64,000 bases of DNA from Candidatus Uhrbacteria bacterium (lineage in GTDB: Bacteria > Patescibacteriota > Patescibacteriia > JACQRZ01). The notes under the pieces were generated by a model. It was not told the origin of the DNA and ran no database searches. It was given only the letters and a program-made list of their open reading frames with translations. The stretch spans positions 15,473-79,472 of the forward strand of contig JACQSC010000002.1 in NCBI GenBank assembly GCA_016206155.1, read 5' to 3'. Shown piece after piece: positions 20,352 through 28,618 of the stretch (position 1 is the first letter of the stretch; each line of letters opens with the position of its first letter). The position numbers were made by a program, and so were the translations under genes.

Positions 20352-21350
20352 TTAAAATTTTTCAAATACTACTTTCTTTCGCGGGAGAAATAACTCACTT
20401 TTCATAGATGAATACATATATGTATAGAGACGCCTTGAATCATGAATAGAAAAACGTAAGTTAAAACCATCTCCTTCGGATATGCTTCCGCCCGCTACTA
20501 CTCTGTATTTTTTAAGGACCAAAAAGATTTGTTCGAGAATCTTTTTCCCGCCTGACGTGAATCCGGAAGCAAGTACTCGATTTTTCTTTCTACGTCCTTT
20601 CCTAAAATACTCATAGATAACGACATGACCACATCCATCAAAATAGCCTCGTAAAAAATGGCAGAAAAATTTATGGGGGACGGCAGGAAGCTGAACAATC
20701 AGGCTTTTGCGAACGATCATACCGAATGCGCTGAGATTCTTAAAAAGTTTTTTACTACCAATTTGCAAACGGTAACAGTCTTTCGCCCTTCTTGTTCTGT
20801 CGCGTTCGTGCGGTTTCACGCCGATCGAGTGATTGGAACCAAGGGCATCTCTAATTTTCTCAATGATTGCCCGATCGCATGAGGTAAATTCAATATATTT
20901 GCTTCCTCGCGGATTGACTGTCAAATTTCCGTCTGCGACAAAAAACCCGAGTACATACGCCATCTCCTCTGACCATGTTTCAAAGAACGATTGATTTACC
21001 TTCCATGGAAATTCCCTTTTAACCTTCGGCTTCGCGCGCGGCCCCTTACGTGGCCCAGTATTAAGGAGATTCAAGTTCGTAAACCGAGTACACGACTGGC
21101 TTGGAATATGAAGCTTATGAAACCATCTGGTTACGGTGCCTCGCGGCAGACCAACTTTTTTCCCAATCTCACTGTGTTTGAGATTTTCATCCCAGTGCCA
21201 GTAATAAAAAAGTTGATGAACTGGCGTTCTCCACTTTTCCTCAATGGCGGTCAGTCGAGGTGAGTGCACGATTTGCTGCATGGGAATCCCAAAAAAGATA
21301 GATACATTATACCACCTTTTTTTCTTTCCGCAATACCCATACCAATCCAA
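20352..21350 (-). CDS. free-standing LAGLIDADG homing endonuclease with two motifs and an N-terminal HTH region
   Basis: Motif 1 'YVLGFFVADGNL' and motif 2 'FLRGYFDGCGHV'. The gene lies immediately upstream of tRNA-Asp. Confidence 0.7.
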   Translation of the reverse strand: MDWYGYCGKKKRWYNVSIFFGIPMQQIVHSPRLTAIEEKWRTPVHQLFYYWHWDENLKHSEIGKKVGLPRGTVTRWFHKLHIPSQSCTRFTNLNLLNTGPRKGPRAKPKVKREFPWKVNQSFFETWSEEMAYVLGFFVADGNLTVNPRGSKYIEFTSCDRAIIEKIRDALGSNHSIGVKPHERDRTRRAKDCYRLQIGSKKLFKNLSAFGMIVRKSLIVQLPAVPHKFFCHFLRGYFDGCGHVVIYEYFRKGRRKKNRVLASGFTSGGKKILEQIFLVLKKYRVVAGGSISEGDGFNLRFSIHDSRRLYTYMYSSMKSELFLPRKKVVFEKF

Positions 21351-22098
21351 GGGTGCCGACGATCATAAACCCAAGGGAAATCCATTGGGGGGCACGAAGA
21401 CCGAACGCTAAGGGAACGATATCAATCCTTAAAAACTCAATACCAAAACGTCCAAGAGAATAAAGGATGAGATAGAGAAAAAAAACCGTACCATTTGTCA
21501 TCCCGGCGGAGGCCGGGATCCAGCCACCCCCCCTTCTCCACACGAGCCATCCCAAAAAAAGAAAGAGCAAAACATCAAAAATAGACTCGTACAAAAATGT
21601 CGGATGAAATGTCGCAAATGATTCATATCCCGGCAACCGCTTCTCCGTATCGATGGTTATTCCCCATGGCACATCAGTCGGAAGACCATACGCCTCCTGG
21701 TTGACATAATTTCCCCACCGCCCGATAGCCTGCCCCAACGCAACACCGGGCGCGAGCACATCAAGAAGTGAAAGAAATGATATATGCGTTTTCCGGCAAT
21801 ACCCATACACGCCAAGTATCCCTCCAAGTAGCCCTCCATGCCAGACCCATCCACCATTCCAGACTGCAATATTTTCTTGGGGGTGAGTGCCAAAATAATC
21901 AAGGTGGTACACAACAAACAATACACGTGCCCCAATCACCGCGGGGATAAGCGCCCATAAAAGTACGCTGTCAATATGGTCAGTGCGAATAGTCGCAGAT
22001 CTTCGCGCAAAAAATAACGCCGCGCAATACGCGACAAGAAACCCCAGTGAAATGAGAAGTCCGTATCCTGAAATGCCAACGATACGCACCCCCTCCAT
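21307..22098 (-). CDS. lgt: prolipoprotein diacylglyceryl transferase
   Basis: 'GRWGNYVNQEAYG' signature and multiple TM helices. Carries a 29 bp palindromic insertion (see the repeat at 21497). Confidence 0.85.
   Translation of the reverse strand: MEGVRIVGISGYGLLISLGFLVAYCAALFFARRSATIRTDHIDSVLLWALIPAVIGARVLFVVYHLDYFGTHPQENIAVWNGGWVWHGGLLGGILGVYGYCRKTHISFLSLLDVLAPGVALGQAIGRWGNYVNQEAYGLPTDVPWGITIDTEKRLPGYESFATFHPTFLYESIFDVLLFLFLGWLVWRRGGGWIPASAGMTNGTVFFLYLILYSLGRFGIEFLRIDIVPLAFGLRAPQWISLGFMIVGTLGLVWVLRKEKKVV
21497..21525. repeat. 29 bp GC-rich palindromic repeat 'gtcatcccggcggaggccgggatccagcc' inserted in-frame in lgt
   Basis: Same element at 42914..42942 inside rfbD and a longer copy at 25142..25206. 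Encodes 'WIPASAGMT' in Lgt. Confidence 0.8.
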
Positions 22099-22100
22099 AG

Positions 22101-23483
22101 TTATTGTATAAGTTCAATATCTACCTCGTCGTCCTCCAGCTCAAGAACTCTGTCACCATTTTTTACGATTCCGACTTTCTTAAGAAATGCATACCGGTTC
22201 TTCTGCGTTGTATACATGGTTACTCCGCGCAGCAGATTGAGCTGTCGCCGACGCTTTTCATTTTCCGAAAAACCAATAATACGCACTTCGGGCCGGTGTG
22301 CCGCGACAAACGCGATAAGTTCAGGATCGTCATCCTTAATAATAAGCGCCTTTAGTTTTCTTGTTCTCACGATTTCACACGCCGCATGCGCGATCATTTG
22401 CCGTGAACTTTTTTCGCGCGTAATCTGCTGACAAACATAATCGTCGTATCGCGACTCCTCTGTTTCCTTCGCAATCCGCGCCATCATCTGTACTGTTTCT
22501 ACGGGGTATTTACCGGTTGCGCTTTCGCCAGAGAGCATCACCGCATCTGTGCGGTCAATCACGGCATTCGCGACATCCGACACCTCCGCGCGCGTCGGGC
22601 GGCGATTCGCGATCATCGATTCCAACATCTGTGTTGCAACAATCACGGGCTTATGCGCCGCGATACACTTTTCTATAAGTTGTTTTTGAATAATCGGAAC
22701 TTTTTGCGCGGGAATCTCAATGCCCAAGTCGCCCCGCGCAACCATAATTCCGTCTGATACTTCTAGAATTTCGTCAAAATTTCTCACCGCCTCCCGCCGT
22801 TCGATCTTGGAAATGATGCCGATGCTTGCCGCGCTGCGTGTTTTTTGTGCATGTCTTTTTAACAACGAACGAAGCTTCTTCACGTCATCAGCGCTGCGGA
22901 CAAAAGACAAGGCAACATAATCAACCTTCTGCTTCACCCCAAACGCAAGGTCTTCCTTGTCCTTTGCGGTGATGCTTGGGACAGAAAGTCTGGAGGCCGG
23001 TATGTTCATTCCCTTGTGTGAATGTACCGTACCGCCAACCACAACCGTACACGTCATATGCAGTCCGAAAATTTTTGTCACCCGCACATCCATGGCGCCA
23101 TCGGCAATGAGAATATGCTGTCCCTTTTTTAAATCACTGGCAAGTTGCGGATAGTGCGTCGGAAGCATCAAGGGCTTATCTCCTGACTTGTATTCCTTCT
23201 GGGGAACAATAACAACGGCTTGACCCTTTTTGATAACAACGCCCTCTTCTGCAACTTCGCCGATGCGAATGCGCGGTCCTTGCAAATCCTGGAGGATCGT
23301 GATCGGTTCTCGAAGCGCTTTTGCGCTTGCCCGAATGTTTTTGATAAGTTTTGCATGACTTCTATATGTTCCATGAGAAAAATTAAGCCGCGCCATATTC
23401 ATACCCGAACGCATCAGCTGTTTGAGAACTGCAGTCTTCTCCGACGCCGGCCCTATTGTACACACAATTTTCGTGAGCTTCAT
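22101..23483 (-). CDS. pyk: pyruvate kinase
   Basis: 'MKLTKIVCTIGPAS', 'MVARGDLGIEIP' and a C-terminal allosteric-domain sized region. Confidence 0.9.
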   Translation of the reverse strand: MKLTKIVCTIGPASEKTAVLKQLMRSGMNMARLNFSHGTYRSHAKLIKNIRASAKALREPITILQDLQGPRIRIGEVAEEGVVIKKGQAVVIVPQKEYKSGDKPLMLPTHYPQLASDLKKGQHILIADGAMDVRVTKIFGLHMTCTVVVGGTVHSHKGMNIPASRLSVPSITAKDKEDLAFGVKQKVDYVALSFVRSADDVKKLRSLLKRHAQKTRSAASIGIISKIERREAVRNFDEILEVSDGIMVARGDLGIEIPAQKVPIIQKQLIEKCIAAHKPVIVATQMLESMIANRRPTRAEVSDVANAVIDRTDAVMLSGESATGKYPVETVQMMARIAKETEESRYDDYVCQQITREKSSRQMIAHAACEIVRTRKLKALIIKDDDPELIAFVAAHRPEVRIIGFSENEKRRRQLNLLRGVTMYTTQKNRYAFLKKVGIVKNGDRVLELEDDEVDIELIQ

Positions 23484-23598
23484 AAAACAAGGTTTAGGGG
23501 TTAGAGTCTAGAGATTAGTATATATGAAATCTTTCATTTAGAAAACATAAGACCCAAAAACCATCACGACGGACGACATCTCGGGTCTTTGAAGATTC

Positions 23599-24975
23599 TT
23601 ACTTGAGAAGCCAGGCGGGGATGACCGTGATATCGGATGAAAGCGCGTGCGACATTCGCGAGATAACGGTCATTGGCGCGTTGTGCTTCTTGGCCACACG
23701 AGTCAGAAATGGTATATCGCGCATATCAATATGCTCGCGCCATTTCACTTCGATGTGCTGAAACGCGCGCGTATCGCGCATATCATTTGAGCAAAGAAAA
23801 TCAAACTCATGTGAGCGGACGCGATAGAAAGAGCAAAAGCGAAACTGTCTTCGCAGAAGAGAGAACACATAGTTCTCAACCATAAAACCCGTTCGCTGGC
23901 GAGAGATTTCAGAATCACGCCAATCCGTAAACAAGGAGAGAAAATTACTACTGCCGAGATAGAGTTTTTTCAGAAGACGGCGCGATTTGCGAAATGATTT
24001 GCTATAGTTATGGAGCGGGTACACTAAAAATGATTGTTCAAAATAGGAAAGATACTTTTTTACCGTTGCCGCATCGATCCCAATTTCGCGGGCGAGATTG
24101 GTGGGCTCTGAAAGCAAACCTGTTTCGGAAAGAATAACCGCAAAGAGAAACTTCAGCTCATCAACCTTCTCAACGCCAAAAATTCGCGGGATGTCATACT
24201 CCACTGTTTTTTTAAAAATTGATTCCTCAAGATATTTTTGCTTTGCTCCCGTCTCTTCGGTGCCAATGAGCTCGGGAAATTGCCCGAAACGAAGAAAATC
24301 ATCAAAGTGCGCAATGAGATCGTTTCCATACTGCGCAGTAATTCTCTCGTGTCGAAGAGCATGCGCGGCGCTATCGCCGATTGTTACCGCGCCACCCTGA
24401 TACGCATCAACAAGAATGGTGCTCACTCTCTTTAATGACAGATATTCCTCAAAGCTCAATACCGGTAAAAAAAACTCCTCGATACGTCCCGCGAGAGTTT
24501 CCGTTGTTTTTTTCTGCAAAAAAAGCGACGAAGACCCGCTGATAATAAATTTTATGTTCGGTTCCGTATCGTAATAACGCTTGAGAATGTGATGCCACTG
24601 TTTCGCGTATTGAATCTCATCCAAAAAAATAGTGAGCCGCGTATCTTTTGGCGCCTTATGTTCAAGATAAGCATCAATATAATCGGCAAGGGTTACGTCT
24701 TTAGGAAAAAGCACCTCATCAAACGAGAGAAAAAGGATTGCCTCAGCATCTACGTTTGAAAGTAGATTCTTGATGAGCTGTTTGAGCAGAACGGTTTTAC
24801 CAACACGGCGCAAGCCAACCAAGGATATTATCTGTCGTTTTTTGAGCGCGGGAACAAGAGAAAAATAGAGAGTCCGCTGATATTCAATATGTTCAATATC
24901 AAAAAAGAATTCATCGGGATTCTCCCAGTGCCTGTTCTGTCGAAAAATTTCCTTTAAAATAAAGTCTTTTTTCAT
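23599..24975 (-). CDS. AAA+ ATPase of the DUF4143 type (COG1373-like)
   Basis: Walker A 'VGLRRVGKT', Walker B 'IFLDEIQ', about 458 aa. Architecture of the archaeal/CPR-type 'AAA plus DUF4143' ATPases. Confidence 0.65.
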   Translation of the reverse strand: MKKDFILKEIFRQNRHWENPDEFFFDIEHIEYQRTLYFSLVPALKKRQIISLVGLRRVGKTVLLKQLIKNLLSNVDAEAILFLSFDEVLFPKDVTLADYIDAYLEHKAPKDTRLTIFLDEIQYAKQWHHILKRYYDTEPNIKFIISGSSSLFLQKKTTETLAGRIEEFFLPVLSFEEYLSLKRVSTILVDAYQGGAVTIGDSAAHALRHERITAQYGNDLIAHFDDFLRFGQFPELIGTEETGAKQKYLEESIFKKTVEYDIPRIFGVEKVDELKFLFAVILSETGLLSEPTNLAREIGIDAATVKKYLSYFEQSFLVYPLHNYSKSFRKSRRLLKKLYLGSSNFLSLFTDWRDSEISRQRTGFMVENYVFSLLRRQFRFCSFYRVRSHEFDFLCSNDMRDTRAFQHIEVKWREHIDMRDIPFLTRVAKKHNAPMTVISRMSHALSSDITVIPAWLLK

Positions 24976-25141
24976 GTAATTACATTTATAATGACCTCAA
25001 TCATCATAAATGTAACATTTATGATTGCTTATGTCAATAGAGATGTCATAATAATGCCCCATTTATCCACATTGACAATAAAAATGGTGTCTGGTTTAAT
25101 TTCTGAGGAAATTATACCTGCCACCTGACAGCATTATTGCT

Positions 25142-25206
25142 GTCATCCCGGTCCGACTGTGCCAAAGCGCTTCGTCGCGACGGCGAGCGGAGGCCGGGAT
25201 CCAGAC
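25142..25206. repeat. long intergenic copy of the palindromic repeat (gtcatcccgg...ccgggatccagac) with a 36 bp internal insert
   Basis: The ends match the 29 bp elements inside lgt and rfbD. The internal segment 'tccgactgtgccaaagcgcttcgtcgcgacggcgagcg' is absent from the short copies. Confidence 0.75.
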
Positions 25207-25372
25207 TCAACTATGTTGATTTCAAAAAATACGACAACTTGGTCAAGCTACGCATCATCTACGCGAGGAAATCCTCAAGAGTAGGTTTGTGCGTGCTTTG
25301 GAAAATTCGAAACATTCAGAAACCTGCCCTTGAGGCAGGTCTTTTCCTTATTCCTTGAGAAAGGAGTGAACA

Positions 25373-25519
25373 GTGACACTTTGGAACGGCGTTAAAGTTC
25401 TGGCATCAGAGTTCTACGGGTATGAGTTCCAGCTCGCGGAATACGGAATCAAGAAAATAGGTCCAATCACAGAGAGGGAAATCCTCAGCGCGTGGAAAGC
25501 GACACGCGAGACAACATAA
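25373..25519 (+). CDS. small hypothetical protein (48 aa, GTG start), not in the supplied ORF track
   Basis: RBS 'aaggagtgaaca' then GTG. Preceded by the hairpin 'cctgcccttgaggcaggtctttt'. Translation: VTLWNGVKVLASEFYGYEFQLAEYGIKKIGPITEREILSAWKATRETT. Confidence 0.3.
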   Translation: MTLWNGVKVLASEFYGYEFQLAEYGIKKIGPITEREILSAWKATRETT

Positions 25520-26229
25520 CACTCATGACTATCACACCTATCAAAACACGAATTTTTCTGGAAAACGAAAATCTCGAAAAATTTATTGATGAATACATTC
25601 CTGCCGTCCAAGAGAATACCATCATCGTCATCACTTCAAAAATCGTCGCTCTCTCTGAAGGTCGCACATACGATGACGATAGCGAGGAAGCGAGAGAAAC
25701 GCTTATTCGGCAAGAAAGCGAATGGATGTTAAAAACAAAATACGTATGGCTCACTCTCAAAGACGGCATGCTTGCGGCATCCGCTGGTATCGATGCATCA
25801 AACGCGAATGGCAAACTCATCCTCTTGCCAAAAAATAGTTTTCAGACAGCAAAACAAATACGCGACGCGTTGCGGAAAAAATACTCCCTCACCAACCTTG
25901 GCGTTCTTATTACCGATAGCCGCCTCCTCCCCTTGCGCGCGGGCGCGCTCGCGTACGCCATTGGGTATGCGGGATTTCGCGGTGTTCGCGACAATCGCGT
26001 AAAGCCCGACATCTTTGGCAGAGAATTATTATATTCCCAAACAGATGTTGCCGACGGGCTTGCGTCCTCCGCTGTTATTTGCATGGGCGAGGGCGCGGAA
26101 CAAATTCCGCTTTGCATCATCACCGACCCGCCGGTGGAGTGGACCGATGATCCGATTGATCCAAACGAACTACGCATTCCACCCGAAGACGACCTCTACC
26201 GCCCATTCTTTGAAAATTTACCTGATTGA
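25492..26229 (+). CDS. CofE-family protein (F420-0:gamma-glutamyl ligase-like)
   Basis: 'IVITSKIVALSEGR', an exact 'AGIDASN', 'VLITDS' and 'DIFGRELLYSQTDVADGLASSAVICMGEG' align with the CofE family. The likely start is MTITP at 25525. Confidence 0.75.
   Translation: MESDTRDNITLMTITPIKTRIFLENENLEKFIDEYIPAVQENTIIVITSKIVALSEGRTYDDDSEEARETLIRQESEWMLKTKYVWLTLKDGMLAASAGIDASNANGKLILLPKNSFQTAKQIRDALRKKYSLTNLGVLITDSRLLPLRAGALAYAIGYAGFRGVRDNRVKPDIFGRELLYSQTDVADGLASSAVICMGEGAEQIPLCIITDPPVEWTDDPIDPNELRIPPEDDLYRPFFENLPD
26185..26229. repeat. R1: the 3' terminal ~45 bp of the cofE-like gene, first of three direct copies
   Basis: 'cccgaagacgacctctaccgcccattctttgaaaatttacc'. Recurs at 26607..26655 and 27289..27335 at about 80% identity. 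Confidence 0.8.
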
Positions 26230-26253
26230 TTGAATGTACTTTGAAGGATGTCC

Positions 26254-26559
26254 TCAAGATAAATCTTTGGATCCTTGATCATATATGCGTATTTCTTCTT
26301 TAAGAATCTGCTCCCTCATTTGCGGTTTTATTGCATCATATTCTACAAGATCAACTTGTCTGCCAAGAGTTTCTTCGAGGAGCATCTTAAGGGTGATGAA
26401 ATCAAGGAGGGTTTTTGTCATTGGGAGTTCTACAAGAAGATCAACGTCACTTTCTGGCGTAAGCTGATCGCGCGCCGCAGAACCAAAAAGACCTGCACGA
26501 GTTGCCCCTGCCTGAATCATAAATGGAATGATCTTTTTTGTGATTTCTTCGTTACTCAT
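26254..26559 (-). CDS. nucleotidyltransferase-domain (MNT/pol-beta superfamily) protein, orphan
   Basis: 'GLFGSAARDQLTPESDVDLLVEL' is the minimal NTase motif hG[GS]...DhDh. No adjacent HEPN partner. Confidence 0.75.
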   Translation of the reverse strand: MSNEEITKKIIPFMIQAGATRAGLFGSAARDQLTPESDVDLLVELPMTKTLLDFITLKMLLEETLGRQVDLVEYDAIKPQMREQILKEEIRIYDQGSKDLS

Positions 26560-26606
26560 AATGTTATGATACCACAGAAAGCAGGCAGCGGTCAAACCCG
26601 ACCTAC

Positions 26607-26655
26607 CCCTGAAGGCGACCTCTACCGTCAGTTTTTTGAGAATATTCCCCTATGA
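26607..26655. repeat. R2: copy of the cofE-like 3' end repeat
   Basis: 'cctgaaggcgacctctaccgtcagttttttgagaatattcc', followed by the hairpin 'attcccctatgagggaat'. Confidence 0.8.
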
Positions 26656-26934
26656 GGGAATGCGCTGAAGAACCATATCATAGACACGCGAACGATGTGC
26701 AATGATAAGAACCCTCACTTCATCATTTGCAGCAATTCGATAAATAACTCTCCAATCACCTACTCTAAGCTTCCAATATCCTGCCAGCCATTTTCGAAGC
26801 GGCTTGCCATACTGATCTGGAGATGTAGTAAGACGGGTCTCGATCGCAGTTTTTACGCGCACTCGGATATCAGTAGGCAGGGATGGGATGTCGTCATTCT
26901 GCACACGTTCGTGCAACAAAACGTTATAGGCCAT
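26650..26934 (-). CDS. type II toxin, RelE/ParE family
   Basis: 'WKLRVGDWRVIYRIAANDEVRVLIIAHRSRVY' is the hallmark RelE/ParE C-terminal region. Start placed at MAYNV. Confidence 0.75.
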   Translation of the reverse strand: MAYNVLLHERVQNDDIPSLPTDIRVRVKTAIETRLTTSPDQYGKPLRKWLAGYWKLRVGDWRVIYRIAANDEVRVLIIAHRSRVYDMVLQRIPS

Positions 26935-27157
26935 ATTTCGCCCACACGTCCTTCTGGGGAATATATGCGCCGCCTTCAGCTTCCCGCTGTTTCGCAAGAT
27001 ATTCCCAGGTGATATCTTCTTCCAATTCTAACGCCTCTTCAAGAAGATGTGCCGCTTTTGTCGCGTAAGGAACGTCATCGCGCTTCGCAAGATAGCCGAT
27101 TGCTTTAGCGACCGGCTTTGAAAGCGATACGTTAACCCGTTTTTTTTGGGTGGGCAT
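26924..27157 (-). CDS. putative antitoxin partnered with the RelE/ParE toxin
   Basis: 77 aa. Overlaps the toxin start by 11 nt on the same strand. No family assigned. Confidence 0.5.
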   Translation of the reverse strand: MPTQKKRVNVSLSKPVAKAIGYLAKRDDVPYATKAAHLLEEALELEEDITWEYLAKQREAEGGAYIPQKDVWAKYGL

Positions 27158-27288
27158 AAAAGAGGTGATACACTTTAGTATCTCTATTGTATCAAAAGTG
27201 TCACACCTGTCAAGTTAAAATTGAGCCAGTGTCAACTGGAAGTAGAAATGTCACATTCCCGCGTTTTCTCCACATCGCCGACGTACGC

Positions 27289-27335
27289 TCTCGAAGATGG
27301 CCTCTACCGCCCGTTTTTTGAGAATATTCCGCAAC
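27289..27335. repeat. R3: third copy of the cofE-like 3' end repeat
   Basis: 'tcgaagatggcctctaccgcccgttttttgagaatattcc', followed by the strong hairpin 'cgacacaaaacag...ctgttttgtgttgtcg' at 27343..27388. Confidence 0.8.
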
Positions 27336-27396
27336 GACACAAAACAGTCCAATAATCTGAGCTGTTTTGTGTTGTCGCTTGAAGTTTAACAGTACA

Positions 27397-28446
27397 TCAT
27401 CTTCCAACCCCTTCGGGACCATATGGATTTTGACGACTGTTATATCTGCCTCCTCTTCCACCAGGCTGACTTCCTTGAGCTGGTGGTGTAATGTTAACAG
27501 GCTGCGGCTGCTGAGATGGCGGAGCTTTTGTGGTAAATTGATACGGTAGATTCGATTGATCATACAATTTTTGCGAATACGTCTTCGTCGCAGGATCGAA
27601 CCCCATGAATAAAAATTGATACGTCGTGTTTGGAGAACGATTTTTTATCACAACACGATGATTTTCTTGTGCACGATTACTGTCTGAGTATACAGATTCA
27701 CCATATTCACTCCCACCTCCTTTTAACCAAATCAGCCAACTAATAATCGGCTTGCTTGTCTGCCATGTAATTGTAGCGGTTGTGTCGGTTGTTTGCACCA
27801 CCTGCACATCACTGTATGACACGGAAGAGTTGTCTGGCACGGCAGTGGGGGTGGATGGCGCGCCATAAGCATCGTACTTATTACCAAAAGCATCGTACTT
27901 CTTATTCAAAAATTCTTCCGACGATTTTTTCGGGGGGAGTGTAGTAAATTGAAATATTGGGAGACTCAATTGTGCTTGAGCGGCTAACCCGCTATCCGGT
28001 GGTTTGCTACCATATGCATAAAGCGTAAATGTGTATTTTGTGTTTGGGGAAAGATTTTTTATCTCAACACTATGATCTTCTTGAAATGATGGATAACCGC
28101 TATCGTATTCCCAGTTCCCATAATTATTATCAGACTCTTTAAGCCACCGCAGAGAACCAGCAACCGGCGGAGTTGTTTTCCATTTGATAACCGCGGTTGT
28201 GTCGGTTTTTTGCAATTTCACATCATGGAAAATAACATCTAAAAGAGGTGCGCATGCTTTCGCTCCTGGTGATCCATCAAGATTCGGGACTTCCTCAAGA
28301 CAAAAATTTGTGACCTTTCCTCTCTCTCCCTGTATCACCTTTATTACACCTGCAGCTGCCGCAAGGGAAGCCGCGCCTACAGCAATGGCAACAAGCGTTT
28401 TTACATACGTACTGGTCCCGATGGACGTTTTTGTCTGTATGCTCAT
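27397..28446 (-). CDS. secreted or membrane-anchored protein with two internally duplicated fibronectin-III-like domains and a Pro/Gln/Gly-rich tail
   Basis: N-terminal signal/TM 'VKTLVAIAVGAASLAAAAG'. Duplicated blocks 'TTAVIKWKTTPP...KNLSPNTKYTFTLYAYG' and 'TTATITWQTSKP...KNRSPNTTYQFLFMGF'. Confidence 0.5.
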   Translation of the reverse strand: MSIQTKTSIGTSTYVKTLVAIAVGAASLAAAAGVIKVIQGERGKVTNFCLEEVPNLDGSPGAKACAPLLDVIFHDVKLQKTDTTAVIKWKTTPPVAGSLRWLKESDNNYGNWEYDSGYPSFQEDHSVEIKNLSPNTKYTFTLYAYGSKPPDSGLAAQAQLSLPIFQFTTLPPKKSSEEFLNKKYDAFGNKYDAYGAPSTPTAVPDNSSVSYSDVQVVQTTDTTATITWQTSKPIISWLIWLKGGGSEYGESVYSDSNRAQENHRVVIKNRSPNTTYQFLFMGFDPATKTYSQKLYDQSNLPYQFTTKAPPSQQPQPVNITPPAQGSQPGGRGGRYNSRQNPYGPEGVGR

Positions 28447-28618
28447 ATTAATATTACTTTATTTTTTATTGACATATTAATTAGCGTGTAGATGAATAGT
28501 AGATACTTTTTGGTATTGCACACGATAATACGTTCCTTACACATTCCATAATCATCCTTGACTATCTTCATCTCAAACAAAGGTTTTTGTGCTAATAAAT
28601 AAATTTTCATTCCCTTCT

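Noticed and set aside
26275-26655. 126 aa plus-strand ORF ending with the repeat-encoded '...EGDLYRQFFENIPL'
   Set aside because: It lies fully antisense to the well-supported nucleotidyltransferase gene and exists only because the R2 repeat supplies an open frame. Treated as non-coding.
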